A stretch of 64,000 nucleotides of DNA from an uncultured virus (IMG/VR IMGVR_UViG_3300042356_001581) (IMGVR_UViG_3300042356_001581); one strand, 5' to 3'; shown: positions 10,672-22,799, counted from the stretch's first letter. The notes: generated by a model from the letters alone, not told the origin. Numbers and translations: made by a program.

Positions 10672-12263
10672 TTTTAAAACAACAAAATAATGGACAAAAA
10701 AGTTTCAGTAGCCGTAGAGCGTTATCAATGTTCAGGTTGTATGGTAGGTAACGACACTTCTTGCTTTAAAGTAAATGAAAACGCAGGTGGTGTTGGTTGT
10801 GGAGAGCATTTCGCAGGGACTATAATTAGCGATGTAGGTAAAGTTTTTCTTGGACTTCCAAAAGGGTTTAACCGCTTGGGTCATTTGGAGAATATGAAGC
10901 CGATAATTTTTAATAGTTTTTCTGATTGGGGCTATTATGATAATTTCAATAGACCTGTTTGGAAGCACTTGGATAAACAAGGTAACACCCTTGTAAGAGG
11001 TTTGATGCCTAGAAGAAACGAGCCTTTTCTGCACATATTTCTTGAAAACTGCTTAAGTAAAATAAATTGTATTGAGATTAGTAATAAAGACATAGACGAA
11101 ATGGATTAATAATGGATAAAAAAATTGTAAAGGTTATTTATACCGACGGAGAAGAAAGTTCAGTAGAGAGTTGGAGAACACCCAATGAGCTTAAAAAAGA
11201 TTTTAGTTATGATATGGATTGGAAAGCTAATCGTCATTACGAAAGACAATTTTATAAAATAGAGAGAGATGTTTTATGGAATTTAGATGAAGAAGCAATC
11301 AAGGACTACGCTAAAGACCATTTAGATTTAAAAGACGAAGACGACAATGATTGCGACTGTGACGACAAAGACATTTCTGACTTTGAAAATGATGAGCTAA
11401 TGAGCGAAATATCAAGAAGAAAATTACTTGGCTATTCTAATGTTAACATTGTTAGTATAGATTTGTTTACAAGGTTTTCTCGTGTTATTACAGTAGCGCA
11501 TAGTCAAGATTTGGAAACAATTATTTCAGAATTAGAAAAAAAATACAACCTTTAATTAAAACCTATGAAACAAGCATTTTATTTTATTTTAGGCATAGCA
11601 TTAGTTATCCTCACATCAGTAACAACGGTTAGCGTGATGACCGTGAAACCTGCAACTCCAAAACAATTTATTGTAAAAGTATTTAATGCTGATAACTATC
11701 CTGAAAATCAAGCGATGTTTATCCAAGATATGATGAAAAAAGGTTGGATATTGAAATCTCAATCACTAGCAGGAAAACAATATTTATTGTATGGAATTGT
11801 TGTAATGGAAAAATATTAATTTAAAAAAAATGGAAAACAAAATTTTAGAAAATTGGGCAGAAATTGAAAATATAGAAGCACGAGTTAGAGAAAAAACAGA
11901 CGACCCAAAAGCGGGATTTAACGCCAGTACTTTTTGGTTAGACGGAACAGGCAGACACTTAATGATTGCTTGTATGTACAGGGGTAAAAAAGGCAAAAAA
12001 GGGCAAGAGGAATTTACCTCATCTTACAAAGAAATGATGGTGTATGCAAAGTTCTGTCCGTTTACAGGCAAACCTTTGTATAAAGATTCTGAAGATAATA
12101 ATCTTTAAATTATGAAAGACAAAATAAAAAAATGGTGGAATAGAGATTGGTCTAATTGGGAAGTAATTAAGGAAGATTTTATTTGGGCTGATTTTAAAAA
12201 CTATATAGTACTAAAAAGAGTTTCCAATCACGGTTTAAAACAATATAAAAAAATAATAAAACT

Positions 12264-13414
12264 ATGACACTAAAAGAAAAATTGTGTGAACCGTTTGGAG
12301 GTTTAAAAACTGAAACTGCTAATGAATTAATTGAAATAGTAGATGACTTTGCTATTGGGTTTACAGAGTGGAAAGATGAAAATTGTTTTAATCAAGGAGA
12401 TGGATTCTATAATAGAAACTATAAAGATGAAGCATTATTATTAAAAGAACTATTAGAAATCTATAAAAAAGAAAAAGGATTATGACACTAAAAGAACAGT
12501 TTGACGCATTAATTCCAATTGAATTTGGAGGTATGCAAGACCCATTATTAAGTAATTGTGTAGAAGTAGCAGAAGAATTTGCTATTAAGTTTGCAGAGTG
12601 GTTAGCGAATAGTTATTACTCTTACAATTTTGGGATTAAAATGTTTCAACATAGGAACAAAGAAATTTACAAAACCACAAAAGACCTATTAGAAATGTAT
12701 AAAAAAGAAAAAGGATTATGAAACTATTTGATGAAATTTTACAATGTCCAGATGAGCAAGGATGGACAAATCCAAACATTAGCAGAACAAAAAACATAGT
12801 TGAAATAGCAGAAAGTTTTGCTATAAACTTTGCAAATTGGTATGAATTTACGTTAAGACAATCTGATAATCTAAACAGTAGATTCACTCCAAAAGAATTA
12901 ATTGAAATGTTTAAAAAAGAAAAAGGATTATGACACTAAAAGAAAAATTGTGTGAACCGTTTGGAGTTTTAAAAACTGAAACTGCTAATGAATTAGTTGA
13001 AATAGTAGATGAATTTGCTATTGGATTTGCAGAGTGGTTAAACAAATCAGGTTATATAATTGAATTAATAAAAGGTTCAAGAGCAACTAATAAAATATTA
13101 GAAATTTATAAAAAAGAAAAAAAATTATGACACTAAAAGAAAAGTTAAACGATAATATTATTACCAATATCAATATTGTTGAATCAGAAAACAGAATGTG
13201 TTATAATTATAACCATTTAGAATTAGCTGAATCTTGTGAAATCATAGCAGATGATTTTGCTATTGAATTTGCAAAGTGGACACATAATTTAAGAAACGCT
13301 TGTGAAAAAGATAATGCAGAATGTAATAAATGGAAAAATATATCTAATAAAGAACTACTAGAAATTTATAAAAAAGAATATATATATGAAGACAAAAGCA
13401 ACAAAGCAGTCTAA
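12264..13414 (+). repeat. array of five paralogous minigenes (12264-12485, 12482-12721, 12718-12933, 12930-13130, 13127-13414)
   Basis: Common pattern MTLKE...FAI.F..W...E(I/M)(Y/F)KKE; ATGA stop/start overlaps; 12264-12371 nearly identical to 12930-13037. Confidence 0.85.
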
Positions 13415-14341
13415 AGTTACAGATGTAATTCAAGCATTAGAAATTGGTCAGTCATTCAATAAAAGAGAGTTTATAAAGTCAGTTTGGGGCAATTCTGATT
13501 ATTTTATCGAAAGAAGTTTTGACGTGTTTTTTAGTAAGGCAAAAAAAGAACTTCTTGGCAGAGAGTTCAAAACTGAAAAAGGGTATATAATTAGAACTAA
13601 ATAAAATAAACTTATGTCAGTACACGAAGAAGCATTAATTTGGATTTACTTTTGGGGTGGGGTTGCTCTGATATTCTGCATATTATGGGTAATTACAAAT
13701 CTTAAAAACAAATAGATTATGAGAATTTATAAAGAATTAGAAGCGTTAGGTTTCTTTAAATGGTATTGCACTCAATACGGCGGACTTGTTTATCAAGAGT
13801 ATAAGCCTGTTTATGATGATTTACCTATAGACAATTTGATTAGAAGCGAATTAAATGCTTGTGTTTTTAGATTTTTTAGAGAAAATTACGGCTGTGATAT
13901 TCTAATAAAAAAATGTAGTCCAAAAAAATTCCAGTTTACCATTGAATTAAATTACCAAGAAAATAATGATTATCATTTTATTGATTTTCCCTTTAAAAGT
14001 TATGAGGAATCTGAAATTGAATGTATTGGAAAATTAATAAAAATTGCAAAAAGAAAAATATGGAATTAGAAAAAAAATCAATGCTTGAATTATTAGAATT
14101 AAAAGAGCATTACAGAGAAAAACACGGATTATATATTGAAAATGATATGGGTGAACGTGGTTCATTTAATGATAAAACAAAACCTTATTGGGGTTGCTCT
14201 TTTAAGAAAAGAATTAAATACCCAGAAAAGAAAGGTTTGAAGTATAATGCAGAGCGAGTTTATCAAACCTTTGATTCATATCGAGAAGCATTGATTTTTT
14301 GCTTGGATAAGGCAGAACGTGTGAATAATGAGATGGTATAG

Positions 14342-14481
14342 TATTACCGCTAAAGTTTGACGGCTATACGATGGTTGGGGTTGGTACTCCTTAACTTTCG
14401 ATTAATCACAGATTTTAAAAGTAAAAACAGGCTTTAAATTAAACAATTAACCCAACTATCGTATAACCGTTGTTAGTAGTA
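14342..14481 (+). mobile_element. attC-like cassette recombination site (long imperfect palindrome)
   Basis: CGCTAAA directly after a stop codon; CGGCTATACGATGGTTGGG (14361-14379) pairs with CCCAACTATCGTATAACCG (14451-14469); ends GTTAGTAG (14472). Confidence 0.55.
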
Positions 14482-14506
14482 GTGCGGTTCTTAAAAATAA
14501 AATGTA

Positions 14507-14806
14507 ATGGGAAATAATTTTAAAATACAAGTAGTGAAAAACGATGAAATAGATGCTTTTGGAGCATACGCATCACCATCAATTAAAAAAAATGATTTTG
14601 GTATTGTTCTTTTTAATTTAGAAGCAAATCTAATAACAAGTATAGAGCATCGAGATATTTCTTTTAAAGAAATGTTTGTTGAAACTATAATGCACGAAAT
14701 CGGACACGCTTTAGAAGAATTTTATGATTTAGAATTTGACGAAGAAAGAATAGAAAGAATTACAGAAAGTTATAGAGCTAAATATTCTTCTGAAAACGAA
14801 TCGTAG
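14507..14806 (+). CDS. small HExxH (zincin-like) protein, apparent gene cassette
   Basis: [12 protein letters not shown] motif; bounded by attC-like sequences. Confidence 0.6.
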   Translation: MGNNFKIQVVKNDEIDAFGAYASPSIKKNDFGIVLFNLEANLITSIEHRDISFKEMFVETIMHEIGHALEEFYDLEFDEERIERITESYRAKYSSENES

Positions 14807-14832
14807 CATTGATGCTAACGGTTACAGCCATA

Positions 14833-15027
14833 CGTAATGATTTAGTAGTTGATTTAACTATGGGAAGCGGAAGCACTGGTGTAGCTTGTAAAAATACAAA
14901 CCGTAATTTTATAGGAGTTGAGAAAGATGATAAGTATTTTGAAATAGCACAAAACAGGATAAATAAAACGGAATTAAAACCTAACAACTTTGAAAAAGTT
15001 GAAGAGCGTGGGCTTTTTTTATTTTAA
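14833..15027 (+). pseudogene. C-terminal fragment of an N4/N6 DNA methyltransferase
   Basis: [15 protein letters not shown]...FIGVEKD..YFEIA..RI is the SAM-binding motif I region; the DPPY half is missing. Confidence 0.8.
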
Positions 15028-15158
15028 TTTTTGAACCGAAATGTTAATACGAAGAACGAATATAGCAATGGCGCATAACTACCTACTAACCGAAATTCAA
15101 TAAATTGAACTAAATAAAAAGATTTCTTATTTTAAAAAAAAAATATTTATCTTTTTTA

Positions 15159-15196
15159 TTGTACCAATGTATTTTTTATTATATTTGTACCAATAA
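15159..15196 (+). promoter_or_regulatory. Bacteroidota-type promoter
   Basis: TTG at 15159, TATATTTG 15180-15187; TTGTACCAAT occurs twice. Confidence 0.7.
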
Positions 15197-15483
15197 TTAA
15201 AAATAATTTTAAAAATGACAGAAATTAAATTTGATTCTTTAAGCGAAGACTATATAACCAATACTTTTTTATTTTTTATTGACGAAGGTTATGTTTTAGA
15301 TAAAGCATACACAAGAAAAAAATATTTTTTATTTGGAAAAACTAGATATTTTGTTAAAATGAAATACGGCAGATTGAAGTATAAAGAATTAATCAGTAAA
15401 GCCTTAGATAATGAAGATTATTTAGAAGCTGATAGATTAACTAAAGAGTATAATTGTTCAAAATCAATAAATTATAATTAAAA

Positions 15484-15978
15484 ATGAGTAAGTTAAAAAA
15501 GAAAGTCCTGTATATTGATATGGACGGAGTGGTTGCTGACTTTTGGAAAGCAATAAAAATGAATCAACCTAAAATTGATGATAAGAAATTCTTTCCTACA
15601 TACGCCGACCAAGAGAAAGAAGTCGATTCTATTTGTGAAAGAAACCCTCACATATTTAGATACCTACCGCCGATTAAAGATGCTATTGAGGCTACCAAAC
15701 CTTTATTCAAAAAGTTTGACGTTTACTTCTTATCTACTCCTATGTGGGACATTCCTGAATCTTATACAGATAAGAGATTATGGCTTGAGAAACACTATGG
15801 GGATTTAGCAAAAAAACGTTTAATATTAACCAATAGAAAAGATTTAGCGATTGGAGATTATCTAATTGATGACAGATTAAAAAATGGTTCTGAAAAATTC
15901 AAGGGTAAGTTTATACACTTTGGAACAAAAGTATTTCCTGATTGGGAAACTGTAATTTCATTTTTAAACAGACAATAG
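15484..15978 (+). CDS. 5'(3')-deoxyribonucleotidase (NT5C, HAD family)
   Basis: YIDMDGVVADF motif I, FLST, DKRLWL, GDYLIDDR. Confidence 0.9.
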   Translation: MSKLKKKVLYIDMDGVVADFWKAIKMNQPKIDDKKFFPTYADQEKEVDSICERNPHIFRYLPPIKDAIEATKPLFKKFDVYFLSTPMWDIPESYTDKRLWLEKHYGDLAKKRLILTNRKDLAIGDYLIDDRLKNGSEKFKGKFIHFGTKVFPDWETVISFLNRQ

Positions 15979-16591
15979 CAATGTTATATACTTCCAAAAT
16001 TAAAAAAGAAATTGAAAGACTTCGCCACAATAACGACATCACAGAATATGCTGAATTTTCTCTTTTGGGAGAGGTTAAGATATTAGAAAACCTATCAACT
16101 CATACTTGGATTAAATATAGTTGGGGAAACCCAATATCACACCCTCCTTCTTACGGAAGTTATTTTGTTCACAGAAAAGACGGTAAACTTCATTGGGAAA
16201 TATGGAACGGAGCAGGTTGGGCTTATAACGAAAAGGCAATTACGCATTGGGCTAAAATAACAAAACCAAATTCAATTTAATATGAAAACAATTATTAGAA
16301 ATTCAACACACAAAGATTCAAAAAGTTACGATTGTTTAATTGGAGAAATTAAAGGTAAAAAAGTGAAGATTACATACGAAGCATATAATGCAGTTGAAAA
16401 ATGTAATACAGAATTTTTTGATGGTAATAAATGGAATCACATATTAAATATGTTGGATATTGGTGTGGAACAAGAAAATAGTGCATATAACATTTGGAAC
16501 GAAGTAAAAAGAAAACAACGTGCTGATGATTTGTTTAGGTTATCAGAATTGATGTGTTCAGCTATTCTTTAATATTTAAAAATAATTAATT

Positions 16592-16912
16592 ATGCCAAGA
16601 ATTTCTGATACTGTTGCTATAAACAACGAAAAGTTAGACCGCCGAGTTAAATTAACTACTGAAGATAAAGAACTTGTTAAGTGGCTTCGGGAAGAAGAGC
16701 AAATAAGTTACCAAAAATTAGCCAATAGATTTGGTGTTTCTAAAAGACTTATAATATTTATTTGTAAACCCGAAACTAAAATAAAAGACCTTGATAATAG
16801 AGCCAAGCGTGGAGGTTCAAAAATCTATTACGACAGGGAAAGTCACAATGCTTCAATGAAAGACCACAGGGACTATAAAAAAGAATTATTCTCACAAGGT
16901 TTGATAAAATAA
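16592..16912 (+). CDS. HTH DNA-binding protein
   Basis: KLTTEDKELVKWLREEEQISYQKLANRFGVSKRLI. Confidence 0.7.
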   Translation: MPRISDTVAINNEKLDRRVKLTTEDKELVKWLREEEQISYQKLANRFGVSKRLIIFICKPETKIKDLDNRAKRGGSKIYYDRESHNASMKDHRDYKKELFSQGLIK

Positions 16913-16945
16913 TTAGTACCACTGAAAGTTTTTTAACTTTTTTTA

Positions 16946-16990
16946 TTGCCGAACCAAAATACTTTGTATCTTTGTTTCAAGAAACTTAAA
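16946..16990 (+). promoter_or_regulatory. Bacteroidota-type promoter with phage motif
   Basis: TTG at 16946, GAACCAAAATAC 16951-16962, TATCTTTG 16967-16974, then AAGAAACTTAA. Confidence 0.75.
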
Positions 16991-17015
16991 TTACAACAAT
17001 TAACACTTTTAAAAA

Positions 17016-17291
17016 ATGAAAAAAATCAACAAGATTTTATTAGGTTTAGCGGTACTTGTACTGCTATCAAGTTGCGCTAACGCTACCAATATCGAAAGTT
17101 GTGTCGGAGATTACACATACGGTTTTTCGGGCGGTATTTGGCACGGTATTATCACACCATTCTCTTTTATTGGCTCTTTATTCTATGACGACATTGCAGT
17201 TTATGCGGTTGACAACAATGGAGGTTGGTATGACTTCGGATTTGTTATTGGATTAGGTGGGTTATTCGGAGGTGCAGGTAGATATAATTAG
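17016..17291 (+). CDS. membrane lipoprotein
   Basis: Lipobox LLSSC; GIWHGII.PF and GGWYDFGFVIG hydrophobic segments. Confidence 0.65.
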   Translation: MKKINKILLGLAVLVLLSSCANATNIESCVGDYTYGFSGGIWHGIITPFSFIGSLFYDDIAVYAVDNNGGWYDFGFVIGLGGLFGGAGRYN

Positions 17292-19062
17292 TAATGGAAA
17301 GCAAAATTTTATTAGCAGAGTATGACGATTGTTATGCTCTGCTAACACCAAAAGATATTCAAGCAGGGGATTTTATGGCAGATACAAATGGTATCTATCA
17401 AGCTCCAGAAATTGACGGATTTATTGGTTTCTTGAAAGTAGTTGCTTGTACCAAACCTAAAGGGGATTTACCCTTGATTGATAAAGAGCAAATTTTTATT
17501 CCAAAGATTGTTAAAAATGAAAAGTTTTGGAAAGCAAAAATTGAACTAGATGATTTTGACTCTCCTAAAGTTAGAAATGGATTTATTAATTTAATCGGAA
17601 TTGAGATTCCATAATAAAAAAATATGTTAGATAGTTCATATAAAAATAGAGAAAATGCAATTGAAGAGGTTGTTTATGACTTCTTAAAAGACTGCGAACT
17701 TGTGGAAATGACACAAGAAACTACAGAAAATTTTTTAATGATTGGTATGATGCCAATTAATGTGAAGCTTAAAACCGAAGAAAAGCCTTTTATTTTTCAG
17801 ATTATTGAAAAAAGAGTAGAGCATTGTTTTACCTTTAAATTCACAGATGAAAGAGCATTATTAGCTCTTAGTATTTGGTGTGATAGCGTAGGCGATGCAA
17901 TAACTTATTTATGGTATATTCAAGCGTGGTGCTTTAAAAATCAAGTTAAAGAAGTTGATTTTGAAACTCTTTGTTTAAGAATATTTCCTATAGGTATTTT
18001 TTCTAAAAAAGATTTAAAGACGGTTTGGGAAAATCAAAAAGTACAAAAAATAGGTATGGAATCAGATAATTTAGTTGACTATAATGTTGCGGGTTTATCA
18101 ATTCAATTCTTAAACTAATTAGTATGAAAAAGTTAGAAGCACTCATAGAAAAATATCCTGATGAAGAATTAATTATCGCTGACGGATTTGATGAAGCAAT
18201 ATTGGGTATTGAAAAAAATACATCACGTATTATTTATTCGGTTTCTAAATGCCTTGAAATAATTGAGGCAATGGGTTTTCCTGAACAAGAAGCTCTTGAA
18301 CATTTTTACTTCAATGTTCACGTTTCATACACTGGAGAAAAAAAACCAATATTTTGTTTTGATGAATTTATAAATATTGAATTATGAGCAAGAAATATGT
18401 AAATAAAAATTTAACAAAGACTATTATAGATTTGCTTACACATAATTTTGAATTGCGTGATGATTGGCTAAGTTTAGTTAGAATGATACACGACAAAGAA
18501 ATGGATTTGCATAATATAATTGTGCAAGATTACTACTATTCCGTATTTTTTACCAATAAGCTAAGTAACACTTATACAATTAAACGTATATGGGGTATGG
18601 TTCAAGAGAACAGAGCTGATTTAAGAGGTAATTGCTGGGAAGATAGACAAAGACAAGGCGGAATGATTGCTAAAGAAATTGTAGTTATTGATGCAAAACA
18701 ATTAAAAATTTTCGATGAATAATATAACCGCAATAGTATCTTCAGATGGGGAAATTGTTCCTAATTCCGACTTTGGCTCTGAAAAAGAATTTCAATTTAA
18801 AATATTGAATTCATTAGACTTTGAAAATATTAAGGATTTCTTTATTAAGAAAACTATTTTTCAAGCTGTAAAAGAAAAAGAAAAATTAAGCAATGGAAGT
18901 AATGGAGTTAGTACCGTAGAACTAAATAACCTTTTTAAGTGGACTGATATTGCAATCTATGTTGATGAATTAGAAAGCAAAAAAATTATAAAAATGCAAA
19001 AAGGAATCAATTCAGATATGTATTTCATTTATAAAAAATAAAATCACATTAAATCTGTTATA

Positions 19063-19100
19063 GAACCAAAATACTTTTATATATTTGTACCAATAAACTT
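19063..19100 (+). promoter_or_regulatory. promoter with phage motif
   Basis: GAACCAAAATAC 19063-19074, TATATTTG 19080-19087, then TACCAATAAAC. Confidence 0.7.
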
Positions 19101-19560
19101 TTTAACTAAAATCTTTGAATTATGTCTAAAAATAAAACTCAAGACTTAGAACCTATTTTTACTACTAATAATTTGGAAGCACAAGAATACATACATAATG
19201 TCGTTTTTGAGAAAAAAAATGATTCAAGTATTGATTTAGCTTATAATTTAGAAGAGCAAATTGTTTTATTCTCAAATAATGTTTTAGGTTTAAAAGTTCA
19301 ATCAGTAGCTTTACCTAAGAACTTTACAAACCAACCTAAAACCGAAGCACAAGTACTACATTGGCTTCGCAATAAGATACATAATAGACATAGCTCCGCA
19401 TACGTTTTAGCATTGAAATACGGAGAAAAACTTAAAGTACAATTACCAGAAAATTCTAAATATACCTTGTCTAACTTAGATAATGATATTTACAGAAATT
19501 TCTCTGTTGTAAATTCAAAATAAAACTCAAATAATCTATAAATTAAAATTTTAAAAAAAA

Positions 19561-20451
19561 ATGGCAAAGAAAATCGAAGTAGATATTGCTTATTTAAAAA
19601 GCATTGGCTTATCACAAAAACAAATTTCAGACATTATTAAAAATTCTGAACCTGACCATTGGACTAATAAATTACCCGAAGGTAATGATAGTTATGAATT
19701 ATTGCCTTTTATGATTTCTCCTGAATCAAGACTTAAAGAAAGAGTGACGATTTATTGTGCAAAACAGCACGACCCCACCCTTTCTTTTTTTAAAGAAAAA
19801 GATGCAGAGTTTATTCAAAATAAATGCCGTCTGCTAATCGAGATGTCAAATTTTTCATTTGCAGTAAATGAAAGTTGGTCGCCTGATTGGAATGACAAAG
19901 ACGAGAAAAAATACGGTATCGTTTTACAAAATGGTCAAGCTAGAGTTAGTGAAAATGAATTATTTAATCTTTATGTTTTTGGAATAGTTACAAGAACTCG
20001 TAGTCTTGCTTTGGAAATGCTTGAGGAGTTTAAAGAAAGAGTAGAAACTTATTTTAATAAGCCTTTTAATTCAGTTACGGAAACCGTAAAGGTAGAGCCA
20101 ATATCATTTAGTTTAGATGGAACAACAACACAAAACTTAGGTTTAACGGCTATGAATAGTGCTTTAACCCAAAATGATTTTTATACACCAAATGACCTTG
20201 AACCAAATTTTAGTTCAGAGCATCCAAATCAAGATGATAATTTTATTTGTTCTTTTTCACCTAAATATGAAAATGCTACCTCTCGGAAAAAGAAAAAGTT
20301 TTTGATAAAAGGAGACATAGAAAAAATTCAAGATATGCTTCTTCAAAATACTCATCAAAAAGAAATAGCAGAGAGATTTAATTACAGTCAAGCAACTATT
20401 TCAAAACTTAAAAAAGAACTTGGTTTTAATATGAGAAAAAGAACTAATTAA
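19561..20451 (+). CDS. hypothetical protein with C-terminal HTH
   Basis: QKEIAERFNYSQATISKLKKELG. Confidence 0.65.
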   Translation: MAKKIEVDIAYLKSIGLSQKQISDIIKNSEPDHWTNKLPEGNDSYELLPFMISPESRLKERVTIYCAKQHDPTLSFFKEKDAEFIQNKCRLLIEMSNFSFAVNESWSPDWNDKDEKKYGIVLQNGQARVSENELFNLYVFGIVTRTRSLALEMLEEFKERVETYFNKPFNSVTETVKVEPISFSLDGTTTQNLGLTAMNSALTQNDFYTPNDLEPNFSSEHPNQDDNFICSFSPKYENATSRKKKKFLIKGDIEKIQDMLLQNTHQKEIAERFNYSQATISKLKKELGFNMRKRTN

Positions 20452-20565
20452 AATCAACTTTAAAATAAAAAACAACATTTAGCACTTTTTAATAAACTAA
20501 TCTTTATTTTTTTATATTTTTTATTTAAAAAAAAGTATTTTTACATTTATTTTAAACCTAATTGT

Positions 20566-22392
20566 ATGAAAACTAAAGATTTAGTTTATGTTGGTGCTAT
20601 TGCACTTATTGGATTTTTCTTGCTTAGAAAAAAGCCTTTAATTAACTCAAAACAAAACCAGTTGCCGAACGGAGGTATATCTAGCGCAGATAATATTCCA
20701 AATGTAGCTACTAATAGTGGAACTACTATTAGTGGAACTACTACTAGTGGAACTACTACTAGTGGAACTACTACTAGTGGCTCTAACATTTTGCCTAACC
20801 CTTTAGATGTAGTAAATGCTCAAAAAGCAGAACAAGCAAGATTGGCTGAAATTGCTAGATTAAAAGCAGTAGAAGACGCAAGGTTAGCAGAACAAGCAAG
20901 ATTGGCTGAAATCGCTAGATTAAAAGCAGTAGAAGACGCAAGGTTAGCAGAAATCGCCAAATTAAAACTAATAGAAGATACAAGGTTACTAGAGGAAGCT
21001 AAGTTAAAAGCAAGGGAATTACAAGAACAACAATATAGGACACAACAAGAAGCAAATCAATTAAGATACTATCAAGAAATTGCTAGAGCGAAGGAAATAG
21101 AGATGGCTGAATTGAAAGCCACCGAAGATGCAAGATTAAGAGGAGCAGAACAAGAAAGGTTAAAACAAATAGAAGATGCAAGAGTGGCGCAAATACTAAT
21201 TGCTAATGCGATTCAAAAATTAAGAGATGAGATAGTAGCAAATATTAATAGAAGAAATAGTTTTAAAACACAAGGTTCTAAAAATAATGTACAAGCTGAA
21301 ATTAACGCTCAATTAAACAAATTAAAAGAGTATGGATACTCTTTGGATAGTTCAAATAATTTGATTAAAGTTGATTCAGGTTATTCAGTTACAAATTCTG
21401 AAATATACCAAAACTTTTTAATTGGACAAACATTAATTAATAATGCAATTCAAAAATTAAGAGATGAGATAGTAGCAAATATTAATAGAAGAAATGGTTT
21501 TAAAACACAAAGTTCTAAAAATAATGTACAAGCTGATATTAACGTTCAATTAAACAGATTAAAAGAGTACGGATACACTTTGGATAATTCAAATAATTTG
21601 ATTGAAGTTCCGTCAGATTATTCGATTACAAGTTCTGATATTAACCGCAACTTTATGATTGCACAAGCATTAACTAATAGCGAAGTTCAAAAATTAAGAG
21701 ATGAAATAATAGCAAATATTAATAGAAGAAATGGTTATAAAACTCAAGGTTCTAAAAATAATGTACAAGCTGATATTAACGTTCAATTAAACAGATTAAA
21801 AGAGTACGGATATACTTTGGATAATTCAAATAATTTGATTGAAGTTCCGTCAGATTATTCGATTACAAGTTCTGATATTAACCGCAACTTTATGATTGCA
21901 CAAGCATTAATTGATAGCGAAGTTCAAAAATTAAGGAATGAAATAATAGCAAATATTAATAGAAGAAATGGTTATAAAACGCAAGATTCTAAAAATGCTG
22001 TACAAGCTGATATTAACAATCAATTAAACAGATTAAAAGAGTACGGATACACTTTGGATAGTTTAAATAATTTGATTGAAGTTGTGAATGAAACAATAAA
22101 TAATGATGTTAATACGCCAAGAGGCGGTTCAATAATTATTGACCCTATTTTGGATTTTCCAATATATTATGGCTCTCCTATTGAGACACCTCTACCTCAA
22201 AGACCAATTGAGACACCTCGACCTCAAAGACCAATTATTTTTGACCAAGAACAACCAATTAGTTATCCAATTGATTACCGTTCTCCAGTTGAGCCGATAA
22301 GAGGCTATCCAATTTATGAAAAAATTCAACCAATGGAAAGTTTTTCTTCAATTAAACAACCGTTTTATTTAGACGAATTGTTACCATTATAA
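20566..22392 (+). CDS. N-terminally membrane-anchored repeat/coiled-coil protein
   Basis: TM plus RKK at the N-terminus; SGTTT repeats; EQARLAEIARLKAVEDARLA repeats; four 79-aa repeats (237-bp period at 21211, 21448, 21685, 21922). Confidence 0.85.
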   Translation: MKTKDLVYVGAIALIGFFLLRKKPLINSKQNQLPNGGISSADNIPNVATNSGTTISGTTTSGTTTSGTTTSGSNILPNPLDVVNAQKAEQARLAEIARLKAVEDARLAEQARLAEIARLKAVEDARLAEIAKLKLIEDTRLLEEAKLKARELQEQQYRTQQEANQLRYYQEIARAKEIEMAELKATEDARLRGAEQERLKQIEDARVAQILIANAIQKLRDEIVANINRRNSFKTQGSKNNVQAEINAQLNKLKEYGYSLDSSNNLIKVDSGYSVTNSEIYQNFLIGQTLINNAIQKLRDEIVANINRRNGFKTQSSKNNVQADINVQLNRLKEYGYTLDNSNNLIEVPSDYSITSSDINRNFMIAQALTNSEVQKLRDEIIANINRRNGYKTQGSKNNVQADINVQLNRLKEYGYTLDNSNNLIEVPSDYSITSSDINRNFMIAQALIDSEVQKLRNEIIANINRRNGYKTQDSKNAVQADINNQLNRLKEYGYTLDSLNNLIEVVNETINNDVNTPRGGSIIIDPILDFPIYYGSPIETPLPQRPIETPRPQRPIIFDQEQPISYPIDYRSPVEPIRGYPIYEKIQPMESFSSIKQPFYLDELLPL

Positions 22393-22457
22393 AAAAAAAA
22401 TAAGATTAAATAAAAAAAAAACAAACGCCTGTGTCAACAGGTTCTAATTAAAATATT

Positions 22458-22700
22458 ATGGAAAATAAAAAAATATTATTATACGGAGGTGGCGCAATTG
22501 TTTTAGGCGCAGTAGGGTTTTTTGTTTGGTCATTTTTTCAAAAGGTAGATGTTCCTTTGACTGAAAAAACTCAAACTACACCTGATGACAATTCGACTAA
22601 TTTAGGAACAAATTGGTTTAAGTCGCAAATGGATTTTGAATTTAAACCTATCAAAACACCTGATATTTTAGATTGGTCAAGAAATAATTTCTTGCGATAA
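22458..22700 (+). CDS. small N-terminally anchored membrane protein
   Basis: MENKKILLYGGGAIVLGAVGFFVWSFF. Confidence 0.75.
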   Translation: MENKKILLYGGGAIVLGAVGFFVWSFFQKVDVPLTEKTQTTPDDNSTNLGTNWFKSQMDFEFKPIKTPDILDWSRNNFLR

Positions 22701-22723
22701 TAAAATATTTAACTTATAAAATT

Positions 22724-22745
22724 AAGTGCGTTTGCACTTTTTTTT
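22724..22745 (+). terminator. rho-independent terminator
   Basis: AAGTGC-GTTT-GCACTT followed by a T run. Confidence 0.7.
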
Positions 22746-22757
22746 ATAAAAATTTTA

Positions 22758-22780
22758 TACATTTGTACCAATAAACTTTT
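22758..22780 (+). promoter_or_regulatory. promoter -7 element
   Basis: TACATTTG then TACCAATAAAC, as at 636 and 19080. Confidence 0.6.
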
Positions 22781-22799
22781 AAACACAAAAAACAACATT

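Noticed and set aside
20716..20780. GTGGAACT copies matching the origin repeat core
   Set aside because: 15-bp period explained by Ser-Gly-Thr-Thr-Thr codons; probably coincidental
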